Under the pieces are notes generated by a model. It was not told the origin of the DNA, searched no databases, and worked only from the letters and a program-made list of their open reading frames with translations. The translations under genes and the position numbers were made by a program. Of a DNA stretch of 64,000 bases, positions 10,062 through 17,449 are shown piece by piece; positions within the stretch are counted from its first letter, which is position 1, and every line of letters starts with the position of its first letter. The stretch spans positions 240,129-304,128 of the forward strand of contig CAZCNY010000003.1 in assembly GCA_964500675.1 (NCBI GenBank). Reading direction: 5' to 3'. Source of the stretch: an uncultured Verrucomicrobiaceae bacterium (lineage in GTDB: Bacteria > Pseudomonadota > Gammaproteobacteria > Pseudomonadales > CAMLJR01).

Positions 10062-10334
10062 ATGAAGATACCTAATTATATTGGACTGGAAGAAGCGAGA
10101 ACAACGCTCGCAGAAATTGGTGTTCACCTCTCACAGAGGCAAATCAAACGAGCAGCAGAACCCGATGCTAACGGAAAAAGAAAGCTCCCGTTTTTTGTTG
10201 ATCCCATTGAAGGAAAACTGAAAATCGAAAAGGGCGTTCTCCTCGAAATCTATACGCGCTGCCAAGTGCATGCCGAAAATAATGCACATATAAACCCGGC
10301 CAATATTCGAGAAGTGTTTGACCCCAGAAGGTAG
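10062..10334 (+). CDS. hypothetical small protein, possibly an Xis/AlpA-like DNA-binding protein
   Basis: 90 aa with a G-rich RBS directly upstream. The segment IGVHLSQRQIKRAAE...GKRKLPFFVDPIEGKLKI loosely resembles excisionase-type HTH/wing patterns. This assignment is weak. Confidence 0.35.
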   Translation: MKIPNYIGLEEARTTLAEIGVHLSQRQIKRAAEPDANGKRKLPFFVDPIEGKLKIEKGVLLEIYTRCQVHAENNAHINPANIREVFDPRR

Positions 10335-10351
10335 CTGCGATATGGGGAATC

Positions 10352-10798
10352 ATGTCGGATATCAGGAAAAGAAAAGGCACTAAAGGCACGACCTATCAGG
10401 TACGTTACGCCAACCCGCATACAAAAGCGGGCTATTCCTACAAGTCATTCAGCACCCTTGCACAAGCGAAAGCGTTCAGTGAAGACGGCAGCACTCGCAA
10501 GACAGCGCGTGAGCACGGCTCAATCGTATCTGTCGAAGACGCAATACAGCGCTGGTTAGATACTTGCGAAAAAGAAGGGCGCAGCGGCAAAGACCCGGTT
10601 TCAAAGGCTACTTTTGCAGTGTACGAGACACGCGCGGATATTATGCGCGCCTATACCCTTTTTTTACATGCGCTCAAGAAACATATTGGATATGATCTTC
10701 AAAAAATGAACGAACGCCGGGCGCAGTACCTTGCGGCACTTCGCGCTGCGGACGCAGGAGGTTACGCTCCGTTACTGGCTTTTACGGGCGCGGAGTAG
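10352..10798 (+). pseudogene. second, different tyrosine-integrase N-terminal fragment
   Basis: KGTKGTTYQVRYANPHTKAGYSYKSFSTLAQAKAF looks like an arm-binding domain. VEDAIQRWLDTCEKEGRSGKDPVSKATFAVYETRADIMRAY looks like a core-binding SAM-like domain. There is no catalytic R..HxxR..Y region, and the C-terminal tail is unrelated. Confidence 0.6.
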
Positions 10799-10887
10799 AG
10801 GTTTTCGCATTAAGAGCTGACGCGGATTCAGGTATCATTGCGGCCCTTTCACCGGGACACTTCATTGGCCCGGGGTACTTTGCAATT

Positions 10888-10911
10888 TGTGTACATATGC
10901 GTGTACACATG
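10888..10911. repeat. two (C/T)GTGTACA motifs at the right end of the element, just upstream of the functional prfC start
   Basis: GTGTACAT at 10889-10896 and GTGTACAC at 10901-10908. They have the same 12-bp spacing as the left pair but in mirrored order. Confidence 0.75.
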
Positions 10912-10925
10912 TCGGGTAGCTTTCA

Positions 10926-12530
10926 ATGTCAGACCAGAATTTAATTAATGAAATCAATAGCAGAAGAACTTTTGCTATTATATCGCACCCCGATGCCGGT
11001 AAAACCACGATCACCGAGAAGTTGTTGTTATTCGGGAATCTGATTCAGATCGCAGGCACGGTGAAGGGCAAGAAATCCGATCGCCACGCGACCTCCGATT
11101 GGATGGCGATGGAGCAGGAGCGGGGAATTTCGGTGACCTCTTCCGTGATGCAATTTCCGTATCGCGAGCGCATCGTCAATCTGCTCGATACGCCCGGTCA
11201 CGAAGATTTCTCGGAAGATACTTATCGCACGCTCACTGCAGTTGATTCGGCGCTGATGATTATCGACGGCGCCAAAGGCGTTGAAGAGCGCACGATTAAA
11301 TTAATGAATGTGTGTCGTCTGCGCGATACGCCGATTTTAAGTTTCATCAACAAACTCGACCGCGATATTCGCGACCCGATCGAATTGCTCGATGAAATCG
11401 AAAGCGTATTGAAAATTGCCGCAGCGCCGATCAATTGGCCGATCAGCTCGGGTCCGGATTTTCGCGGCGTGTACAACCTTTACACCGACACGATTCACGT
11501 GTTCGTGAGAGGTCAGGGCCATACGATTCCCGACGATATTCAAATCAAAGGACTCGACAGCGTAGAAGCGCGGCAACTGCTCGGCGACGAAGTCGATAGT
11601 TTTGCCGAGCAGATCGAGCTCGTGCGCGGTGCGAGCCACGAGTTCAACCTCGAAAGCTATTTGGCCGGAAAATTAACGCCGGTATTTTTCGGCACTGCGC
11701 TCGGCAATTTCGGCGTGCGCGAAATGCTTGATGGTTTTGTCGAGTGGGCGCCCGCGCCATTGCCGCGCTTTGCTGACCTTACTGGAAAAGGCGAAAGTCG
11801 TGAAGTCGCGCCGACCGAAACCAAGTTTTCGGGTTTTGTGTTTAAAATCCAGGCCAATATGGACCCGAAACATCGCGACCGCATTGCATTTCTGCGCATC
11901 TGTTCTGGCACATACACCAAAGGTTTGAAAATGCGCCATGTGCGCATCGGCAAAGAGGTAAAAATTGCCGATGCGGTGACGTTCAAGGCGGGCGAGCGCG
12001 AAATGGTCGAGGAGGCGTTCAGCGGCGACATCATCGGTCTGCACAATCACGGTACGATACAAATAGGCGATACGTTCACGGAAGGCGAGGAATTAAAATT
12101 CACGGGCGTGCCGCATTTCGCGCCGGAAATGTTCCGCCTGATTCGGTTAAAGGATCCGATGAAATCAAAGCAGCTGCAAACGGGCTTGAAGCAGTTATCG
12201 GAAGAGGGTTCGACGCAGGTATTCATGCCGTTGCGCAATAACGATCTTGTCGTCGGCGCGGTCGGTATGTTGCAGTTCGAAGTTGTCTCGTATCGCTTGA
12301 AAGATGAATACAAAGTCGATGCGTTTTACGACACCGTGAATGTTTATACCGCGCGCTGGATCGAATGCAGCGATGCGAAAAAATTGGAAGAATTCAGGCA
12401 GAAGGCTTACGAAAACCTCGCGCTCGATGGCGGTGGTCATCTTACCTATCTCGCGCCGACGCGCGTGAATCTGGCGCTGATGGAAGAGCGCTGGCCGGAA
12501 ATTCAATTCCGAGCCACGCGCGAGCACTAG
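10926..12530 (+). CDS. prfC: peptide chain release factor 3 (hybrid gene: element-derived first ~23 codons)
   Basis: 534 aa with GTPase motifs [20 protein letters not shown] and NKLD, and full-length RF3 colinearity. Confidence 0.97.
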   Translation: MSDQNLINEINSRRTFAIISHPDAGKTTITEKLLLFGNLIQIAGTVKGKKSDRHATSDWMAMEQERGISVTSSVMQFPYRERIVNLLDTPGHEDFSEDTYRTLTAVDSALMIIDGAKGVEERTIKLMNVCRLRDTPILSFINKLDRDIRDPIELLDEIESVLKIAAAPINWPISSGPDFRGVYNLYTDTIHVFVRGQGHTIPDDIQIKGLDSVEARQLLGDEVDSFAEQIELVRGASHEFNLESYLAGKLTPVFFGTALGNFGVREMLDGFVEWAPAPLPRFADLTGKGESREVAPTETKFSGFVFKIQANMDPKHRDRIAFLRICSGTYTKGLKMRHVRIGKEVKIADAVTFKAGEREMVEEAFSGDIIGLHNHGTIQIGDTFTEGEELKFTGVPHFAPEMFRLIRLKDPMKSKQLQTGLKQLSEEGSTQVFMPLRNNDLVVGAVGMLQFEVVSYRLKDEYKVDAFYDTVNVYTARWIECSDAKKLEEFRQKAYENLALDGGGHLTYLAPTRVNLALMEERWPEIQFRATREH

Positions 12531-12550
12531 TGCTTTGAGGACGGTGCGGG

Positions 12551-13243
12551 CTAGACGAAACGTCGCGCCGCGATGAGGCCGCAGGCACCGATAAATAACA
12601 GAGCCAAGGCGCTCGGTTCCGGCACGCTAGCCGCGGGTTTCGTATCGTCCTGCGCATCGCTTTGCGGCGTGTGATTGGACTCGTCTTGAGTGCGGTGTTG
12701 TGGTCCGGGCACGGGCGGATTGTGCTCATCGGATGGCTGCGAGCCGGATTGCCCATTCGGTCCGCTGGCTTGTGCATGATCGGCGTGATCCTGCGGCGTG
12801 CTGGAGGATGGCGATCCGCCGGTGCCAGTACCGCCAGCGAAACCTGCGCCCAGCGCGCCGAAAATACGGGTATCGGAGTCGCTGCCAGATGCGCTGCGGC
12901 CATCGTTCTCGTTCACGGCGAAAGTTGTACGCCCGTCGAAATTGTCATGTTTGGGCTCGGCGCGGGGTTCGGTCGGCGCAACCTGTTGTTCGGGTTGTGC
13001 CGATTGCGGTGCGGTTGGCTGTGCGGGAAAGGTTTTCTGGTATCGCGGTGGTTGCGGTTGCGGTCGCAGGGCATTCGAGTTGCGTTTAGGCTCATCGGCG
13101 CTGGCAATTGTGTTGCTCGCAGCATGAGTTAACGTTGGGGCCGGGTTGGCGCCGGCGTGGAAGATCGGCGCGAAGGCTAGGTTGGCGAGGATGACAAAAA
13201 TACCGCTCCCCACGGTTTTAACGGCGAGTTTGCGCTGATTCAT
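12551..13243 (-). CDS. PEP-CTERM sorting-domain protein, low-complexity and Pro/Ala/Gln-rich
   Basis: N-terminal signal peptide. The C-terminus SVPEPSALALLFIGACGLIAARRFV is a PEP motif plus TM helix plus basic tail. Confidence 0.8.
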   Translation of the reverse strand: MNQRKLAVKTVGSGIFVILANLAFAPIFHAGANPAPTLTHAASNTIASADEPKRNSNALRPQPQPPRYQKTFPAQPTAPQSAQPEQQVAPTEPRAEPKHDNFDGRTTFAVNENDGRSASGSDSDTRIFGALGAGFAGGTGTGGSPSSSTPQDHADHAQASGPNGQSGSQPSDEHNPPVPGPQHRTQDESNHTPQSDAQDDTKPAASVPEPSALALLFIGACGLIAARRFV

Positions 13244-13346
13244 ATAGGTCCCTACGACATAACCACGACATACGATCTGGTTTTCTAATATTCAGGAATT
13301 GGGCCACAAGAGCTTTCTCCTTCAATAACAATTGATTAGGATGCTG

Positions 13347-13366
13347 TGTGTGAATTGCATCACACA
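13347..13366. promoter_or_regulatory. perfect CRP/Vfr/Clp-type palindrome TGTGA-N6-TCACA
   Basis: tgTGTGAattgcaTCACAca, with TGTGA at 13349-13353 and TCACA at 13360-13364. It lies in the divergent intergenic region between the PEP-CTERM gene and rsuA. Confidence 0.5.
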
Positions 13367-13423
13367 TGGCTGACAAAAATTTCGACGCCGCGAGTCAAGC
13401 GGCCTCACCGGTAAAGAATTGTC

Positions 13424-14131
13424 ATGCGTTTGGATAAATTTATTGCCAGCGTCACCGATTTATCGCGGAGCGATGCCAAGCGCGCAATTAAATCAGGTGT
13501 CGTGCGGGTAGAAGGTATTGTCGCCGACGATCCGCAGCACGAAGTCACCCCGATCACGTGTGTCGAGCTTGAGGGGCGCACGTTACGCGCGGCGGTCAAC
13601 CGCTATTTCATGTTGCACAAGCCGATCGGCTTTGTCTGTGCGGCGAAAGATCGCCAGCATCGCACTGTGCTTGAATTGCTCGATGAGGATAATGTCGAGC
13701 TGTTGCACATCGCCGGTCGTCTCGATATCGATACCACGGGGCTGGTATTGTTGACCGATGATGGTCGGTGGTCGCATCGCATCACTTCGCCCAAATCCGA
13801 TTGCGAGAAAACCTATTGGCTGCAAACCGCCGAGCCAATTCCTGCAACAGCGGTCGAGCAATTTGCGCGGGGATTGTTCTTGCATGAAAAAAAAACGCAT
13901 AGCGAAAAACAGCGGCTGCTGCCCGCACGTTTGGAAATCATCGATGATTGCACCGCGCACCTGACTATTCGCGAAGGCAAATACCATCAGGTCAAACGCA
14001 TGTTCGGCGCGATTGGCGGCGCGGTGGTGAAGTTGCATCGCGAGCGGATCGGCGCGGTGACGCTCGATCCGCAATTGGCACCGGGCGAGTATCGCGAACT
14101 CCGCTCCGACGAAATCGCCGCCTTCGATTAA
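13424..14131 (+). CDS. rsuA: 16S rRNA pseudouridine(516) synthase
   Basis: S4 domain MRLDKFIA..., catalytic GRLDIDTTGLVLLTDDG, and EGKYHQVKRMF. It is colinear with E. coli RsuA. Confidence 0.9.
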   Translation: MRLDKFIASVTDLSRSDAKRAIKSGVVRVEGIVADDPQHEVTPITCVELEGRTLRAAVNRYFMLHKPIGFVCAAKDRQHRTVLELLDEDNVELLHIAGRLDIDTTGLVLLTDDGRWSHRITSPKSDCEKTYWLQTAEPIPATAVEQFARGLFLHEKKTHSEKQRLLPARLEIIDDCTAHLTIREGKYHQVKRMFGAIGGAVVKLHRERIGAVTLDPQLAPGEYRELRSDEIAAFD

Positions 14132-14263
14132 AAGCGATCGCTTAAGAAAATCTTAAGATTGTTTGAATGTTCTTTTAGCAATCGTCAAGCCTCATTCTCC
14201 TTACACTGTGCGTCATGATCCGCTGTAATGGATCGGTAAATGACTACTGATGAAGGAGCCGAC

Positions 14264-14956
14264 ATGACGCAAACCAATTCTCTACCCCGCTACGATATGT
14301 ACATGGCGATTCACAAAGCCATGCGCGCGTGCATGAACGAAACACTGATGACGCTTGGTCGCATGGATGTTGACGATGAGAGCGAAGTTGCCGCCGCGCT
14401 GGCACAGTTACGCGAACTGCTGCATCTTTGCAGCAAGCATTTGCAAAAAGAAAATCAATTCGTGCATGCGGCGATGGAAAAACGCAAACCCGGTAGCACC
14501 GCGGATTGTGCCAGTGAGCATATTGAACACGAATGCGCTATCGAGCGGCTGCAACATGCGAGAGGGATCGTAGGCGCTGCGAGCGGGCTGCAGCGCCGTG
14601 AGCTGGCTCTGCGGCTGTATCGCGATGTGGCATTATTCATTGCGCATAATTTCGAGCACATGCGTTACGAGGATATCGAACACAACGCGGTGCTGTGGTC
14701 GGCGTTTAGCGATGCCGAATTGATTGCAATCGAGAATGCGCTGAAGGCGTCAATTCCACCGCAGGATATGGCTATCTTCGCGCGCTGGTTGCTTTGCGCA
14801 AATGATCACGCATTTCGCGTGGGCATGCTGGGCGGTGTGCGCGCGCATGCGCCTGCCGACGTGTTCGAGATGTTGCTCGGTATTGCGCGCGCCAATTTGA
14901 GCGAGCGCGATTGGCGGAAGCTTGCGCAAAGCCTGGAGCTGCCGCTCGCGGCGTGA
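14264..14956 (+). CDS. hemerythrin-like (HHE cation-binding) domain protein
   Basis: GAAGGAG RBS precedes ATG 14264. His/Glu-rich helices are spaced as in this family (AIHKAMR, HLQKENQFVHAAME, EHIEHE, HNFEHMRYEDIEHN). Confidence 0.5.
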   Translation: MTQTNSLPRYDMYMAIHKAMRACMNETLMTLGRMDVDDESEVAAALAQLRELLHLCSKHLQKENQFVHAAMEKRKPGSTADCASEHIEHECAIERLQHARGIVGAASGLQRRELALRLYRDVALFIAHNFEHMRYEDIEHNAVLWSAFSDAELIAIENALKASIPPQDMAIFARWLLCANDHAFRVGMLGGVRAHAPADVFEMLLGIARANLSERDWRKLAQSLELPLAA

Positions 14957-14975
14957 ATGCCGCGGCGCGAAAATC

Positions 14976-16316
14976 TCATGGCTTGCTGGCGGCGGCGATC
15001 AGCGTCAGCGGTCGCTGCACACAAAGTTGAAATTGACCGCGCCCGCATTTTTCGATGCGGACGCACGCGTCGCGTTCCGTCAGTCGTTTGGCGAGCAAAA
15101 TCAAGCGCGCTTCGAGATTGTCGCTCAATTCGGGCAGGTGAATGCGCGCGTCAAGGCGCAATTGACGGTTGCTGAAAATGCGTTTGCCCTGACCGACGTA
15201 ATCGCTTGCGAGCGCCCAAAAAATTGCGCCGGCTACGCCTTTGATTAGGTAGTCGCCATCGATAAAGACGCTGCTGTTTTCGGCATAATAACGAATTTCA
15301 GCGGGATTGCCGCTCGGTGTTGACGTCGGCGCAGATGCCGTGAGCGGTTCGCTATCTGCCGCGTTTTGCAATTGCTGTATCGATAAACCTAATTGCGCCG
15401 CGAGGGCAAACAGTGCGTCTTCATCATCGTAACCGAAGCGTGAATCCTGCGGGCTTTCGACATACAGCACACCGAGCAGGTGTGCGAAAGCGGTGATCGG
15501 TAGCGCCATTTGACTGCGCGATTCCGGCAGACCGGGGAGCGGAATTTCGGTGCATAACGTCTGCGCCAAACCCGCTTCGGCGGTTGCGGCACGCACCGCG
15601 CGGCCATAATTGTATTCGCTCGTCATGTGGCCGATGCGAATCGGCGTGCGAGTCTGCGCGGCCACGCCGATGACACCTTCGCCGAGCGCCATCTCGCCGC
15701 CTACGCCGGAGTTTTCATAACCGTTGCTCGCCACCGCATATAGGCGTTGCGAATGGTTGTCGAGCAACAAAATCATCGCGTGTTGAATGGCAAATTCGCG
15801 CTCCAGCAGCTGTAGCGTGCGACTGAGCAGCGCATCGAGATCGATACATAAACGCAGTTGTTCACTGCTTTTCCTGAGTGCTGCGAGCACGCTGTGCGAC
15901 GGCTGCGGGGTTTCGATAGCGTCGCCGATTTGTGCGATCGCATGTACGCGATAAATATCCGCGCCACGCAATTTGAAAATACCGGTCATGCCCATGTGCG
16001 AAGCGATGCCCGCCAATTTCGCCTTCATGCGCTCAAACAACGGGCCCTCGGTTTCGGTGCGCAGGTATTCGATGTCGAGACGATACGTTGCGCCGCTGAC
16101 GGGATCGGCAAGCAGCATTTGCGCGTACGGATTGGCGAGCACATTCGCGCGCGTTTTGTTGAAAAATTGATACGACAGCGCGATGTGCTGCGCATCGATG
16201 TAGTCGACTTGTGACAGGTACGCGACATTCGGCGTGCCGTCTTTAGCGCACGTCGCCATCGTGGCGGGAATGGCGCCTTCCAGGCAGCGGCGGAGGCTAT
16301 CAACCGTGAGCGTCAT
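14976..16316 (-). CDS. PNPOx-like split-barrel plus GAF domain protein with a winged-helix-like C-terminus (putative regulator)
   Basis: I take the start at ATG 16316 (MTLTVDS), which overlaps the upstream stop (ATGA). The N-terminus ATCAKDGTPNVAYLSQV...FFNKTRANVLANP is PNPOx-like. The centre HAMILLLD...LYAVASNGY...GEGVIGVAAQTRTPIRI is GAF. The C-terminus SDNLEARLILLAKRL...IEKCGRGQFQL follows an OmpR/PhoB-type pattern. Confidence 0.6.
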   Translation of the reverse strand: MTLTVDSLRRCLEGAIPATMATCAKDGTPNVAYLSQVDYIDAQHIALSYQFFNKTRANVLANPYAQMLLADPVSGATYRLDIEYLRTETEGPLFERMKAKLAGIASHMGMTGIFKLRGADIYRVHAIAQIGDAIETPQPSHSVLAALRKSSEQLRLCIDLDALLSRTLQLLEREFAIQHAMILLLDNHSQRLYAVASNGYENSGVGGEMALGEGVIGVAAQTRTPIRIGHMTSEYNYGRAVRAATAEAGLAQTLCTEIPLPGLPESRSQMALPITAFAHLLGVLYVESPQDSRFGYDDEDALFALAAQLGLSIQQLQNAADSEPLTASAPTSTPSGNPAEIRYYAENSSVFIDGDYLIKGVAGAIFWALASDYVGQGKRIFSNRQLRLDARIHLPELSDNLEARLILLAKRLTERDACVRIEKCGRGQFQLCVQRPLTLIAAASKP

Positions 16317-16807
16317 GCCGGCATCGCCAGTGCCGCCCCCGCATTGGGGCCAGGTGTTTGATCGAAAGCGGTGTCGGGAGTGAATTGCAGCGCCACGGCG
16401 TCGCTGACGGGAATGGAAAAAAAGACGCGCAACATATCGGGCGCAAATCCGAGCGGTGTGATGTGCGCGATCATGCGTTCGCAATAATTGGCGATCAAAA
16501 TCGCGTCGTCGCGTTGCAGGTGCACTATCCCGGCATCGCGCGTTTTCAGTTGTATGGCCTTGTGATTGCCGGGCAGCGAAAATACCACCGCGAGCGTGCG
16601 GTGCGCGCGCACCGCTTCAAGCAGGGCGGCGGCGCGCGCGGCGCTAAGAAAAATCGTGACGAGATTATTTTTTACGTCGACACGACAACCCGCCGCGCGC
16701 GCGATTTGCGGCGACAAATCCGTGCCCGTGGCGGCGGCATAAATCGTCACATTGCCGCGGATGAAGGCGATTTGTTCGGCGCTGAGCGCGATGGATGCTT
16801 CATTCAT
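16313..16807 (-). CDS. small PNPOx-like / flavin-binding split-barrel family protein (tentative)
   Basis: 164 aa from ATG 16807, which overlaps the upstream stop (ATGA). LSAEQIAFIRGNVTIYAAATG... resembles the start of PNPOx-family proteins. Confidence 0.45.
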   Translation of the reverse strand: MNEASIALSAEQIAFIRGNVTIYAAATGTDLSPQIARAAGCRVDVKNNLVTIFLSAARAAALLEAVRAHRTLAVVFSLPGNHKAIQLKTRDAGIVHLQRDDAILIANYCERMIAHITPLGFAPDMLRVFFSIPVSDAVALQFTPDTAFDQTPGPNAGAALAMPA

Positions 16808-17274
16808 GAGAAGGTCGACTCGCGCGCCAACCGTTGGATGTGGTCGACAAAACTCGGATCCTCGCCGCGCAATAAAACGGGCAGCAGTGCGCGAAAATCG
16901 CCGCGGCTCAGCCATTCCGACATGTAGTCCTCCCACGAGCTCCAACGTCTGCGCTGTTTGGTCGACATATTGTTTTCGTAGAGCAACAGATAGGCGCGCT
17001 CGAACAGCGAAATCAGCATGCTGAAAATAATTTGCATGCGCTCCTTTTGCTCATCCGACAATTCCGGTGTTTCGGTGGCCGCGAACAGGCGCAAGTCGGA
17101 GTTTTCGAGCGTTATTTTTAAAAAATCCTGATAATTATCCGATAGCAGCTGGTAGACATTTTCCTCTTCGTTATCGCGCTCCTTGCGCTGTTCGAAGATG
17201 AAAACGAACATCGCCAGCGGCAGGCCGAACACGGTGACGATATAGCTGGCGAGTTCCCAGAAATTTTTATCCAT
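16804..17274 (-). CDS. hypothetical membrane-anchored protein (one N-terminal TM helix)
   Basis: 156 aa from ATG 17274 (MDKNFWELASYIVTVFGLPLAMFVFIF). It is visibly more AT-rich than its neighbours. I recognise no family. Confidence 0.45.
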   Translation of the reverse strand: MDKNFWELASYIVTVFGLPLAMFVFIFEQRKERDNEEENVYQLLSDNYQDFLKITLENSDLRLFAATETPELSDEQKERMQIIFSMLISLFERAYLLLYENNMSTKQRRRWSSWEDYMSEWLSRGDFRALLPVLLRGEDPSFVDHIQRLARESTFS

Positions 17275-17304
17275 CGCGATCGTGTGCCCGGTCTGTTCAA
17301 GTCC

Positions 17305-17318
17305 GCAATTTAAATTGC
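17305..17318. promoter_or_regulatory. perfect 14-bp palindrome GCAATTTAAATTGC upstream of the three-gene operon
   Basis: It lies 31-44 bp upstream of ATG 17274, in the divergent region shared with rsmC. Confidence 0.4.
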
Positions 17319-17449
17319 AGTGCCGCGCGGGATTGCGCTTATGAGGGATGGCATCGAGCCGTAATTGTGCAATTCGATCTGACAGGTCCGCAAGGGTACA
17401 ATGGTGTCGAGATTCAACCGACCGTACGGTTTGCTTACCCGACAATATT

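Larger units (their letters stand above)
9360..10993 (+). mobile_element. decayed integrative element inserted in the 5' end of prfC, bounded by the shared CACCCCGA core
   Basis: The same 8-bp core CACCCCGA occurs at 9360-9367 and 10986-10993, at the same codon position (HPD) in both prfC starts. The interior is AT-rich: I counted 40 G+C in 9381-9480 and 37 in 9781-9880. It carries two tyrosine-recombinase N-terminal fragments. Confidence 0.7.

Noticed and set aside
12551-13243. The possibility that the low-complexity Pro/Ala-rich region reflects a DNA tandem-repeat or CRISPR-like array.
   Set aside because: No regular DNA period or repeat-spacer structure is visible. The bias is at amino-acid composition level, inside a frame with a signal peptide and a PEP-CTERM anchor.
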